Position numbers and translations under genes: made by a program | Shown here: in pieces, positions 9,050-18,637 of the stretch | Layout of the letters: the number at the start of each line of letters is the position of its first letter | How positions within the stretch are numbered: the stretch's first letter is position 1 | Notes under the pieces: model-generated | The model's input: the letters and a program-made list of their open reading frames with translations, nothing else | What the model was told of the DNA's origin: nothing | Databases searched by the model: none | Assembly (NCBI GenBank): GCA_024230675.1 | Contig: JAAERE010000317.1 | Location: 1-42,434 of the forward strand | Reading direction: 5' to 3' | Length of the DNA: 42,434 bases | From: a bacterium | Lineage (GTDB): Bacteria; Zixibacteria; MSB-5A5; GN15; FEB-12

Positions 9050-10543
9050 TTAGAGACGTTTCCAGTTGGACAGGACTTCGGTCAGGAGTCTGACACCAAA
9101 GCCGCTCGCTCCTTTAGGAACATAGGCTTTGCCCGAAGGCTCGAGATCCACGGCAGCTATGTCGATATGCGCCCACGGCCAGTCACCTATGAAATTCTCG
9201 AGAAAAGCTCCCGCCGCGATCGTTCCGGCCGCGCGGCCGCCGGAATTGACCAGATCGGCGATGTTTGACTTCATCTGGTCGCGGTGATCGTTCCAAATCG
9301 GAAGGGTCCAGACGCGTTCTGAAGTAGCTTCCGCGCCGGCCTCGATTCTCTCCAGCAGCTTGTTATTGTTGCCGAGAATTGGAGCGCCGGCATATCCCAG
9401 AATGTACAGCGTAGCGCCTGTCAGCGTAGCTACGTCGATAACCGCCTGGGGATCGAACTCGTTGGCGTAGTCCAGAGCATCGGCCAAAATCAGGCGTCCC
9501 TCGGCGTCGGTGTTGATAATCTCGATCGTCTTGCCCTTGCGCGAGACGTGGATATCACCGGGCTTGGTGGCTTTGCCTGAAGGCATGTTTTCGGTAGCCG
9601 GGATAAGCCCGACAATGTTGAGCTTCAACCCCAGTCTGGCGGCTGTAACGACCGTTGACAGGACCGCCGCCGAGCCGGCCATATCCTGCTTCATTTCGTG
9701 CATATTGAGACTCGGCTTTAGCGAAATGCCGCCGCTATCAAAAGTCACACCTTTGCCAACCAGAGCTACCGGTTTCTGCCCGGCCTTGCCGCCGTCGTAC
9801 TCCAGAATCAGGAAGCGTGGAGGCTCCACCGACCCCTGAGCGACACCGAGCAGGGCTCCCATCTTCTCGGCCGCGATCGCCTTCTCGTCCAATATTTTGC
9901 ACTTGAAACCAAACTTTTTCGCCAACTGCTGGGCTTTGCCGGCGTATTTTCGGGGAGTCAGATCGTTAGCCGGGGTCGAGGCCAGACGACGAGCCAGCAA
10001 TTGACCTTCGGCGATGATCTGACCGCGCTCTACGGCCCCCTGGAGGGCTCTGAGGCGCTTTTTATCGGGCAGGGCGAAAGTCACACTTGTCAGACGGTTA
10101 TCGTTCTCCGCAGCTTCGCCGGTCTTGTAGTCAAGCAGACGGAAAGAACCCAGCAGCAAACCCTCGGCGGCTGCCTGGAAGTAATCCCGATCGGTGAATT
10201 CTCCAAAGTGGACGGCGGCGGTTTGAGCCTTCGTCAGCCCTTTGTACCGCGAAACCAGGCCCATAGCCCGCCGGAAGCTGTCAGCAGCCACCTTCTTAGG
10301 CGAACCCAGGCCAAGCAAGAGCAGCCGCCCGGTGGCGAATTCAGCGGGACTCACAAAAGAAGCTATTTCTCCTTCTTTCCCTGAGAATTCCCCGCTCTCA
10401 ACCAGTCTGGTCAGGCCGCCTCCCGCCGCCACATCAATCTCTTTGAGAAACTTGCCCGCGACGTTCTTGATCTCGGTGGTAAAACAGATAACGGTATCGT
10501 CGGTCAGGCTGCCGGCCGGACCGCCCGCAAAATCGTATTTCAT
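9050..10543 (-). CDS. pepA: Leucyl aminopeptidase (M17)
   Basis: GKGVTFDSGGISLK, MKQDMAG, NTDAEGRLILAD, ATLTGA, and WAHIDIA. Confidence 0.96.
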   Translation of the reverse strand: MKYDFAGGPAGSLTDDTVICFTTEIKNVAGKFLKEIDVAAGGGLTRLVESGEFSGKEGEIASFVSPAEFATGRLLLLGLGSPKKVAADSFRRAMGLVSRYKGLTKAQTAAVHFGEFTDRDYFQAAAEGLLLGSFRLLDYKTGEAAENDNRLTSVTFALPDKKRLRALQGAVERGQIIAEGQLLARRLASTPANDLTPRKYAGKAQQLAKKFGFKCKILDEKAIAAEKMGALLGVAQGSVEPPRFLILEYDGGKAGQKPVALVGKGVTFDSGGISLKPSLNMHEMKQDMAGSAAVLSTVVTAARLGLKLNIVGLIPATENMPSGKATKPGDIHVSRKGKTIEIINTDAEGRLILADALDYANEFDPQAVIDVATLTGATLYILGYAGAPILGNNNKLLERIEAGAEATSERVWTLPIWNDHRDQMKSNIADLVNSGGRAAGTIAAGAFLENFIGDWPWAHIDIAAVDLEPSGKAYVPKGASGFGVRLLTEVLSNWKRL

Positions 10544-10629
10544 ATTCTCTCCTTTTGCATAGTCCAGTTTAAAAGGCGGCGGTTACAGGGGCAACAAATT
10601 TGTTCCGGTGGGGGCAGCAACAGAACTGG

Positions 10630-11829
10630 TTAGTAATCTGCTTTCAGGTACTCCTCAAAGTGGCGTTCAGTTTCTGCCATGTTGTCGCCGCCAAATTTGT
10701 CCAGAAAAACGTCGGCCAGCACAAGAGAGACGGCCGCTTCGCAGATGACGGCCAGAGCGGGCACGACGCAGTGATCGGCGCGTTCAACGATTGCCTCGGC
10801 CGGTTCTTTCGAACGGACATCAATCGTACGCAACGGCCGGTTGAGAGTTGAGATCGGCTTGTTGGCAACCTGGACAATCACATCCTCGCCGTTGGTCATC
10901 CCGCCTTCAATTCCCCCCGCATTATTTGTCTTGCGATAGAATTTCTTTTTCACCGGATCGCCATCGGGATCATAGTATATCTGGTCGTGCACCTGAGAGC
11001 CCGGAAGACCGGGAACCGCCGGGTCCGGACCGATGTGTACGGACTTGACCGATTGTATTGACATCAGAGCCCCCGCCAGACGGCCGTCGAGACGCTGGTA
11101 CCATTGAGAACAACTGCCCAAACCAACCGGCAGGCCGCGCACGATTACCTCTACCCGCCCACCGAGCGAGTCCCGCCTTTTCCGGGCAGCCTTGATTTCC
11201 GCGATCATCCGCTCGGAGGTCACCGGGTCCACACAACGAACCTCGGATTCTTCGGCTTTCCGGGCCAGATCCTCCAAATCGATCAATTCGGGTTGCTCAG
11301 TCAGAGCTGCGCTACCGATCTGCAGCACGTGAGAGGCAAACCGCACCCCGAAGCGCTCCAGGAACTGTCGGGTCAGGGCTCCCAGGGCAACCCTGGCGGC
11401 GGTCTCGCGGGCCGAGGCCCTCTCCAGGACGTTTCTCAGATCGTGATGGTTCCATTTGATACCGCCGGCGAGGTCGGCGTGTCCGGGACGAGGCCGGGAT
11501 GTATCGTCGAGCAGACGAGCCTGGCGCTCCCCCAGGTCTTCGGGCGGCGGCTTAATGGGGTCCATAATTTCGGACCAGTTGGCCCAATCACGATTCTTGA
11601 TTACGAGGGTTACCGGACCGCCCAGTGTAACGCCGTTCCTAACGCCTGAAACGATCGAGGCTTCATCTTTCTCGATTTCCATCCGGCCGCCGCGCCCGAA
11701 ACCCTTTTGTCGCCGCGCCAGCTGGAAATTGAGTTCTTGAATATCGACGTGGAGCCCGGCCGGCAGACCATCGGCCACAGCCGTTAGCTGGGGGCCGTGC
11801 GACTCCCCGGTCGTCATGAAAGTAAGCAT
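10630..11829 (-). CDS. aroC: Chorismate synthase
   Basis: TTGESHG, RRQKGFGRGGRM, RPGHADL, ERASARETA, NNAGGIEGGMTNG, and KPIST. Confidence 0.97.
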   Translation of the reverse strand: MLTFMTTGESHGPQLTAVADGLPAGLHVDIQELNFQLARRQKGFGRGGRMEIEKDEASIVSGVRNGVTLGGPVTLVIKNRDWANWSEIMDPIKPPPEDLGERQARLLDDTSRPRPGHADLAGGIKWNHHDLRNVLERASARETAARVALGALTRQFLERFGVRFASHVLQIGSAALTEQPELIDLEDLARKAEESEVRCVDPVTSERMIAEIKAARKRRDSLGGRVEVIVRGLPVGLGSCSQWYQRLDGRLAGALMSIQSVKSVHIGPDPAVPGLPGSQVHDQIYYDPDGDPVKKKFYRKTNNAGGIEGGMTNGEDVIVQVANKPISTLNRPLRTIDVRSKEPAEAIVERADHCVVPALAVICEAAVSLVLADVFLDKFGGDNMAETERHFEEYLKADY

Positions 11830-11880
11830 GAGGGTATGGTACGAAAATCGATGCGGCGGGTCAACTTCGGACAGGTTCGA

Positions 11881-13206
11881 TCAACCGGGCGCCGAGACCT
11901 CTTCGGGAAGCACAAGGATCGACTCTTTGTCCATCTGCTTCATCCGCTCGGCAATCCTGTCGTCCATGTTCATAGCCTGAGAGGTGCTCAGGAACTCGAC
12001 CTCGTCGATCGGTGAAATCTCGCTCATCTCGGCCAACACCGCGACCATTTTTTGAATCGACTTGTCGATAACGTCGAGGCTTTCCGGCAGCTTGGCCATC
12101 ATTAACTCGGTCTCACCCTTTTTGTGTTGCATCCGAGCCATTTGAGACCGCCCATAGATAGCCATTGCGGCGTTGTTGAGGTAGTGAGACAGAGTAGCCA
12201 TAGCGATAGTTTTGGACTCGTAGGCGCCGCGAGCCCGCTCCTGCTGAAGCAGCTTCTCGTTCATCTCCTGACGCTCTTTGAAGAGATTCTCGATCATCAG
12301 GTAGGCGCGCCAGATTTCCTGGTTGGCTCGAGTGACCATCTGCTCAATATCGCCAATGTCGACGCCAAGGTATTCGGCCACCGATATGGTGGAACTCATC
12401 AGCTTGATCGATATTCCGTCCACGTCCTGTTTTGTAAGTCCCAGGGCCGAGCCGGCCTTAGATATAGCCTGGAGACGATCTTCCAGATCCATTTTGTATC
12501 CGGCGTTGGGATCATCAACCAGCAGCGTAGCCAGACGGACAATCGCGCCGATGCGGTTGTCCCCGCCTTCGCAGTCGTTATGGTGATTAAGAATTGCCTC
12601 GGCAACATAGCCTGGAAGGCGCCAGCGCGTGGCCAGTTCACTGCCTGCGTCGCAGTGAGTCAAACCAAACACCTCTTGTTCAGCGCGGAGAACATCCCTC
12701 ACTCCAGGCACTTTGGCTTCCGCTATAAGCCGGTATTCCGCCGGATAATGGTGAATGAAGAACATAGTGCCAATATCGTGAAGCAGCCCGGCGACGAAAG
12801 CTTCCTCAGAGGCCTTGTACTCGATAGCCTCGGCTATTTTTTCGCCGGCAGCCGCAACCGTCAGGACGTTCGTAAAATACGTCTGCGGGTTTATCCCGGA
12901 ATCTCTTTCGATTTGCTCCGGATGGAACACTGACGACGACAGGGCCAGACATTTGACCGTGGTCGCACCCAGAGCCTGCACCGCCTGGTTCACCGTTTTT
13001 ATTCCGGAGTAACGTTTGTAAAGGGCTGAATTTGCCACCTTGAGAATTTTCCCGGTGAGCGGCGGATCCTTCAGGATTATCTTGGCAAGTGTATCGGAAG
13101 AAAAATCGGGATTGTCTACTTCGCGGAGGATCTCGGCCAGGGCCTGCGGTAGTGAGAGAAGATCGTCTCGTTCACGGATTTGAGACAATATAGACAGCTT
13201 GTCCAT
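11881..13206 (-). CDS. HDOD domain protein with C-terminal coiled coil and HisKA/DHp-like segment
   Basis: LSLPQAL, DPPLTGKILKVANSA, AVQALG and AGLLHDIG (HDOD). The C-terminal ATLSHYLNNAAMAIYG is H-box-like, and no HATPase domain follows. Confidence 0.88.
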   Translation of the reverse strand: MDKLSILSQIRERDDLLSLPQALAEILREVDNPDFSSDTLAKIILKDPPLTGKILKVANSALYKRYSGIKTVNQAVQALGATTVKCLALSSSVFHPEQIERDSGINPQTYFTNVLTVAAAGEKIAEAIEYKASEEAFVAGLLHDIGTMFFIHHYPAEYRLIAEAKVPGVRDVLRAEQEVFGLTHCDAGSELATRWRLPGYVAEAILNHHNDCEGGDNRIGAIVRLATLLVDDPNAGYKMDLEDRLQAISKAGSALGLTKQDVDGISIKLMSSTISVAEYLGVDIGDIEQMVTRANQEIWRAYLMIENLFKERQEMNEKLLQQERARGAYESKTIAMATLSHYLNNAAMAIYGRSQMARMQHKKGETELMMAKLPESLDVIDKSIQKMVAVLAEMSEISPIDEVEFLSTSQAMNMDDRIAERMKQMDKESILVLPEEVSAPG

Positions 13207-13292
13207 AGATATCTTTCAGCTAGGGTTGACATCCTCGGTCAATACTGATTGTCGGCAGATTCAGGGGATGATTTAGGGATATCGGAAGAACC

Positions 13293-16265
13293 TTAAGAGC
13301 GGTTCCGGCTGACCGTTACGACCGACTGGACAACGTCTGTAAGCTGTTCCATCCGAAAGGGCTTGTAGAGCACTTCATTGATGCCTGCGGCGGCCAGTTC
13401 CGACGGCTCAAGGCTGGCTTCCCAACCCGTCACCAGAATGATGGGCACTTCGTTGCCCAGCTTCCTCAGGCGCCTGGCGACGTCCAGACCCGATAGCCCT
13501 GGAAGGGTCAGGTCGGTAAGGATGATGTCAAACTGATCCCGTTGGGCCAGACGAAGACCTTCCTCGCCCGAACCGGCGGTCGTAACCTGATAGCCCAGGG
13601 AACGCCCCATAGCCGAAATCAAATCCAGGATAACCGACTGGTCGTCTATCGCCAGCAGTCGGATCTTGGTCGCCGGCGCTTCCTTCGGTTGGGGCGCGAC
13701 AGAATCGGCTGTTTCGACGACCGGGAATTTGAAAGACAAATAGGCCGGCACGGCACCCGCGCTGTCGACCGCATAAAAACTCACGCCTTCGGTCAGATGC
13801 TCTAGATAGTCGTCCTCCGGGCGGTCCGCAAGTGCCTGCTGAGAACGGTAGTACCTTCCGAAACCGGCGACAGCTTCCACCGGCGAGAAATTTCGGCGGT
13901 GTCGCGAGATATCCAGAAAAACATAGTTGTTTCTTACATAAGTCGAGATCGTGACAGCGTCCTCTTCCTCTGCCCTGGCCGCAAACTGCTCAATGACGGA
14001 CTCAAACATCTCGCGCATCTGAATGCTGGTAAACAGGATCGGCTTGTCGGCTCCCAGGCGAAGGCTGATTTCACGAGGCCGTTGACCGGCCATATACACG
14101 TCGCCGGAGATATGGTGCCGCTGAAGCACCGCTTCAATCACGCGGTCAAGGCTGCCTCCGGTTGAGGCGACCGGCACAGGTTCTTCATCAATCGAAGGTG
14201 TCGGTTCCAGAGGCTTTGGAAGCACTTCGCTGAGGAACGCCGACGCCTTCTCGGTCTCGGCGATGATCTGTTCCATACGCAACCGCGCCTCTCCGGGCAG
14301 ACTGTCGTCCCGGTTCAGCAGTTCGGCGGACCCTATCACCGCGGAGAGATGATTATTGATGTGATTCACTACGGCGCCCAGTCCCGACGAATCCGCTCCC
14401 TCGGTGAGCGAAGCCAACTGGCCGGAGCGCAGTTGGTCGATGCTAAGGCGCAGGGAGTACAGGCCGGCGGCCAGAGTGAGCAGGCGTTCCCATTCTCCGC
14501 GCTGACTTTCGTCGATCTCGTACATGTAAACAATGACGACTCCCACGACGTCCTGACCGGTGAGAATCGGGCAGTGGGCCACGAACGCCGGCGTGCCTCG
14601 TTCTCCCAGCATACGGCGCAGCAGCGAGCGATTGACATCTCCGTAGGCCTCCAGATGCCGGGCGACATTGGTACGACCGAAGATGGCAGCGCTCTCGCCG
14701 CTGATAGCGGCCTTGCCGGCGTCACCTTCCCCGGCGGTGATCTGCATGCGCGCCTGAGAAGGGGTCAATTCGGAGCCGGTCACCTCGGCCAGAGTGAGCA
14801 CGCCGCTGACGTCTCGTGTCAGGGCCAGTCCGATCGAACTGGTCGGCAGTAGCTCGGTGATATGTCGAAGGAAACAGCCGGGGTCTTTGATGAACCCCTC
14901 GGCGCATTCATCTGACTGGAGCAGGCGAAGGACGACGTCAAATCCCTTCCGGCGAGTAAGCCCCAGCCGGAGAAAACTATCCTGCCGAAGTACCAGACCG
15001 GCCATGTTGGCCAGGCTCTCGATCTGTTTCAACTCCCGGTCACTGACGGCGAACGGTCGGCCCGTCCGGAGGAGCAACAGCGCATCTCGGTCCGAGCCGG
15101 AACGCAAAGGAAAGACCAGGCTGGACATCACGGTGCTCTTCCCCCCCCCTTCGGCGGCGGCCTCCTGGTTGATGATCAACGGCTTGTCGCGATCGATAGC
15201 GTCCATCAGCGCCGTCTTGTAATTCTCGGTCAGTTCCGTCAGCGGCTCGCTGCCGCCGTAGAAACTCAGGTCGCCGCGCTTCAGGCCGCACAGGTGGACC
15301 GATTCACTCTGGGCGAGACCGCTCAGGCTGCTGCAGAAACGTGAAATCGCCTCCGCCCCCACGATGGCCTTGGCGGCGGAATCATAGCGAGAGACGGTTT
15401 CCGCCAACTCGGTCGAATGTTGCCCCACTTGCCGTGTTGCCGAAGCAAGTTCGCGCTGGAGCCGGGCGGAGAGGATCTTTTCTGCCAGCCATTGAGCAAC
15501 CGGGCTCAGATAGCCGATATCCGTGCGGCTGAAACGCCGGTTCTCCTCTGAGAACAGCAGTAAACCGCCAATCTTCTCCAGACCGGAAGCCAGCGGAAGG
15601 ATCAGGCAGCTGTTGAACCGAGATTGCACCGGTTTCCCGGATCGATCAACGAAGTCAAAGCGAGCACTCAGGACGGGATCGCCCAGTTCGACCGCCTGGC
15701 TGACAATGTTACGCTCCAGAGGGTAATGTTCCAGCAGGGCCGTTTCCTGCTTGGAAAGGCCCGAGAATGAGGTCAGCACAAACTGACGTCGGCTCCGGTT
15801 CACCAGAAACACTGCCCCGGAGGTTGAGGGATAGTGCACGAGGATTTCTTTCAACGACTGATTGAGTAGTTCCAACAGGTGATAAGGCTGGCGCGCATCG
15901 TGCTGAAGGTTTTCCAGAATCGCCAGTTTTCCCTGTCGAGCCTCGATGCTCTCCGCCTGAGTATTCCAGTAGTCGGCGTAAAATGCCAGACCAATAACCA
16001 TAAGCAGAACGCCGCCCGCAAAGCAGGCGAATTGGGCCAGATCAATAGCGGCGTAGGCTGAGACCACGAACCATTCGCTGTAATCGGCTGCCAGTCCGAC
16101 CGTCTCCCAGACCGCAGCCACGAACACAAGGGCTCCGCCGATCAGAAAAGGATAACGCCCCTCGACCGCCCGTCGGGAAAAGAAGCCCAAACGCAGTATG
16201 AGAAAGACGATCACGACAAGACTGAGAACCGGGGCCAGAAGAGCGGGCAGGCCGGATAACATCAA
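13293..16265 (-). CDS. Membrane-anchored multi-GAF sensor with DHp-like segment, degenerate HATPase and C-terminal receiver domain
   Basis: About three N-terminal TM helices, three GAF-like regions (e.g. SCLILPL..EKIGGLLLFS), VNHINNHLSAVIGSAELL, and a receiver with IDDQ / ILTDLTLPGLSG / VTG / YKPF. Start overlaps the miaB stop (ATGA). Confidence 0.82.
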   Translation of the reverse strand: MMLSGLPALLAPVLSLVVIVFLILRLGFFSRRAVEGRYPFLIGGALVFVAAVWETVGLAADYSEWFVVSAYAAIDLAQFACFAGGVLLMVIGLAFYADYWNTQAESIEARQGKLAILENLQHDARQPYHLLELLNQSLKEILVHYPSTSGAVFLVNRSRRQFVLTSFSGLSKQETALLEHYPLERNIVSQAVELGDPVLSARFDFVDRSGKPVQSRFNSCLILPLASGLEKIGGLLLFSEENRRFSRTDIGYLSPVAQWLAEKILSARLQRELASATRQVGQHSTELAETVSRYDSAAKAIVGAEAISRFCSSLSGLAQSESVHLCGLKRGDLSFYGGSEPLTELTENYKTALMDAIDRDKPLIINQEAAAEGGGKSTVMSSLVFPLRSGSDRDALLLLRTGRPFAVSDRELKQIESLANMAGLVLRQDSFLRLGLTRRKGFDVVLRLLQSDECAEGFIKDPGCFLRHITELLPTSSIGLALTRDVSGVLTLAEVTGSELTPSQARMQITAGEGDAGKAAISGESAAIFGRTNVARHLEAYGDVNRSLLRRMLGERGTPAFVAHCPILTGQDVVGVVIVYMYEIDESQRGEWERLLTLAAGLYSLRLSIDQLRSGQLASLTEGADSSGLGAVVNHINNHLSAVIGSAELLNRDDSLPGEARLRMEQIIAETEKASAFLSEVLPKPLEPTPSIDEEPVPVASTGGSLDRVIEAVLQRHHISGDVYMAGQRPREISLRLGADKPILFTSIQMREMFESVIEQFAARAEEEDAVTISTYVRNNYVFLDISRHRRNFSPVEAVAGFGRYYRSQQALADRPEDDYLEHLTEGVSFYAVDSAGAVPAYLSFKFPVVETADSVAPQPKEAPATKIRLLAIDDQSVILDLISAMGRSLGYQVTTAGSGEEGLRLAQRDQFDIILTDLTLPGLSGLDVARRLRKLGNEVPIILVTGWEASLEPSELAAAGINEVLYKPFRMEQLTDVVQSVVTVSRNRS

Positions 16266-17581
16266 TTCTCCTCCACCGGCTCACCGTGGAGCGTAAAAGC
16301 ATCCGCCGAAGATATCTTAACCGGGATGATCGAGCCGACCGGAGGGCGGTGCGTCTTGAACAATACCGTCTTGTTGCCGTCGGTCCGGGCTCGGGCATAT
16401 TCTTTAGAGCGCCGCGAAAGGCCTTCCACCAGCGACAGAGCAACCCGACCTACTTCACGCTGGTTGCGCTCAAAGGCGATGTCCTGCTGTATCTTTATCA
16501 GCTTGTTGAGCCGTTCTATTTTCTCGGCTTCGGGAACGTCGTCCTCGTACTTCGCAGCCGTAGTTCCCGGCCGCACGGAATAGCGAAACATGAAAGCGCT
16601 GTCAAAACGAATCTCGCGTACCGCCTTTAGAGTCATCTCGTATTCGTCGAGCGTTTCCGAGGGAAAGCCGACGATCAGATCCGTAGTTATCGAAACGTAA
16701 GGGAGCCTGTCGCGAATGTAATCGATAATCTTGCGGTAATGGTCGTAAGAATAGACCCGCCCCATCTGGCGCAGGACACGATCGGAGCCGGACTGGAGCG
16801 GCAGGTGGACGTGTGGTGTCAGTTTGGGTTCTTCGGCCATGACGTCGACCAGACGTCGCGACAAATCCTTGGGGTGAGAGGTCATGTATCTGATACGCCG
16901 CACCCCTGTCTCCCCGGCCACACGTTGAAGCAACCCGGGGAAGTCCGTGCCTTCGTGCCTGTAGCTGTTGACGTTCTGCCCGAGCAGCGTAACCTCGGCG
17001 GCTCCCTCGTTGACCATTTTATTGACGGCCTCGACGACATGATCGGCCGAATGGGATTGCTCCCGCCCCCGGACGTAAGGCACTATACAGTAAGTACAGA
17101 AATTGTCGCAGCCGCGCGAAATCGTCACGAAACCGGAATGTTCGTTTTCCTTAACCGGCTGGATAGCGTCGATGTTTTCATGGCCAAACGCCGTCATCAC
17201 TTCGTGAGTGCCCTCTCGGCCCTCCAGGACGTCAGGAAGTTCGAACTGCCGGTCGGTGCCGAGTATGTAGTCGACGTGGGGAGCCTTCTCCTTCAAACCA
17301 TCGGCCAGGCGCTGGGCCATACATCCCACGACAGCGATCTTCAGGTGAGGTTTGCGCTTTTTGTGTTTGAATATCTCGCCGAGTCGCCCGAAAACCCGAT
17401 CCTCCGCTTTCTCACGAACCGAGCAGGTATTGAGAACGATTATATCGGCCTCGTTTTCGTCGGCGACCCTGCGATAACCTCTTGTTGTCAAGGAGCTTGC
17501 GATAGTCGACGAGTCGGCCAGATTCATCTGGCACCCGTAGGTGGAGATATGGAAAGTCTCAAGCTTTTTTTTCGTAGACAT
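16262..17581 (-). CDS. miaB: tRNA-2-methylthio-N6-dimethylallyladenosine synthase
   Basis: TYGCQMN, NTCSVREKAE, GCMAQR, radical SAM GCDNFCTYCIVPYVRGRE, HLPLQSGS, and C-terminal TRAM domain. Confidence 0.97.
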   Translation of the reverse strand: MSTKKKLETFHISTYGCQMNLADSSTIASSLTTRGYRRVADENEADIIVLNTCSVREKAEDRVFGRLGEIFKHKKRKPHLKIAVVGCMAQRLADGLKEKAPHVDYILGTDRQFELPDVLEGREGTHEVMTAFGHENIDAIQPVKENEHSGFVTISRGCDNFCTYCIVPYVRGREQSHSADHVVEAVNKMVNEGAAEVTLLGQNVNSYRHEGTDFPGLLQRVAGETGVRRIRYMTSHPKDLSRRLVDVMAEEPKLTPHVHLPLQSGSDRVLRQMGRVYSYDHYRKIIDYIRDRLPYVSITTDLIVGFPSETLDEYEMTLKAVREIRFDSAFMFRYSVRPGTTAAKYEDDVPEAEKIERLNKLIKIQQDIAFERNQREVGRVALSLVEGLSRRSKEYARARTDGNKTVLFKTHRPPVGSIIPVKISSADAFTLHGEPVEEN

Positions 17582-17662
17582 GACCCAAAAAACCCGTCAA
17601 GCAAGTAAATAGAAAGTCCTAACCCGTTCGCCAAGTTGATGATTTTGCCCTGAAAAAGCAAC

Positions 17663-17697
17663 AAAAAACCCGGCCGCCCAATCAAGGGCCGCCGGGT
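17663..17697 (-). terminator. Probable terminator after the small dockerin-like protein
   Basis: ACCCGGC...GCCGGGT imperfect stem, preceded on the + strand by an A6 run. Confidence 0.6.
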
Positions 17698-17750
17698 CGA
17701 AGCTTTGATCCGGAATTGCACGCGATTCTGAGTCTACCGGGCTGCCCCAA

Positions 17751-18431
17751 CTACGGGCAGGGCGGCATCGGTTCCAGCGTCAAGAACTGGCTGTCGATCA
17801 TCAGCTGAAGGTCAACGATGTCGGTAATATCGCTCTCCCCCTCAAGGCCGGAACCGGGGTAATTGACGTTCCCCTCCTCGGCGCAGCACAGCAGCGACAG
17901 AGTCAGGAAGAGATGGTCTATCATCACCTGAAGATCGGTAATATCGATAACGCTGGAACAATTTACGTCGCCTACCGATGCATCCGCACAACAGTGCACA
18001 ACGGCTGACTCGAAGCTCTGCCAGAAGCCGTGTAGCGCCGTTGTACTCGTGGTGCTGCTTGAGCCTACAGCCGCCTGGCCGATAGTACCGACGATGCTGT
18101 AGTTTGGTGACGATGTAATGCCGCCTCCCGAAGCCACACAGTACCAGTTGATCGTCTCGCCCGCCTCGGGACTGAACATTGAGGGTTCATTTGGAACGCT
18201 CGGAACAGGTACGGCCGGCTCGTGCAACTGCGCTTCACCGGTCGTCTTTGGAGAAGCCACCGTTTTCTCTACAACGGTTTCGGAAGACCGACTCGGCAAC
18301 CGGTCATCTCTCTCGACACGCTCACTTGCCGGCCGTTCTTTGGCCGCATCGATCGAAGGAACGGCGGCGATAAGCAGCAGCAGCATCGCAATAATCGATA
18401 GTAATCTAGCGTTGGCGATCGTCATCAGCAC
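17751..18431 (-). CDS. Secreted protein with C-terminal dockerin-like domain
   Basis: Signal peptide, Pro/Glu/Ser-rich linker, INWYCVASGGG...GTIGQ...HGFWQ module, then CC..GDVNCSSVIDITDLQ..IDHLF plus a second repeat ending PPCP. Confidence 0.78.
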   Translation of the reverse strand: MLMTIANARLLSIIAMLLLLIAAVPSIDAAKERPASERVERDDRLPSRSSETVVEKTVASPKTTGEAQLHEPAVPVPSVPNEPSMFSPEAGETINWYCVASGGGITSSPNYSIVGTIGQAAVGSSSTTSTTALHGFWQSFESAVVHCCADASVGDVNCSSVIDITDLQVMIDHLFLTLSLLCCAEEGNVNYPGSGLEGESDITDIVDLQLMIDSQFLTLEPMPPCP

Positions 18432-18525
18432 GAACTCCTCTCAGATTGATCAGCGGCCGTTTCTCCGTTGAAGCGGCAGACCGCGAGTTGATACGAAAGG
18501 TGGCTATACAAGAGGTATCGGATAT

Positions 18526-18554
18526 ATTATAGCATAATTTATCCATTTTGTCAA
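18526..18554 (-). promoter_or_regulatory. Perfect-consensus sigma70 promoter (with extended -10)
   Basis: On the minus strand: TTGACA (18554-18549), 17-nt spacer ending TGC, TATAAT (18531-18526), about 95 nt upstream of the 18431 start. Confidence 0.85.
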
Positions 18555-18637
18555 CGCCGGAGTCGGAAAAGCCGCCCGTCCACCGCTGGAGAAACGGCGG
18601 ACGGACAAGCGTGACTGTGGCGCTATCCCACTACCGG

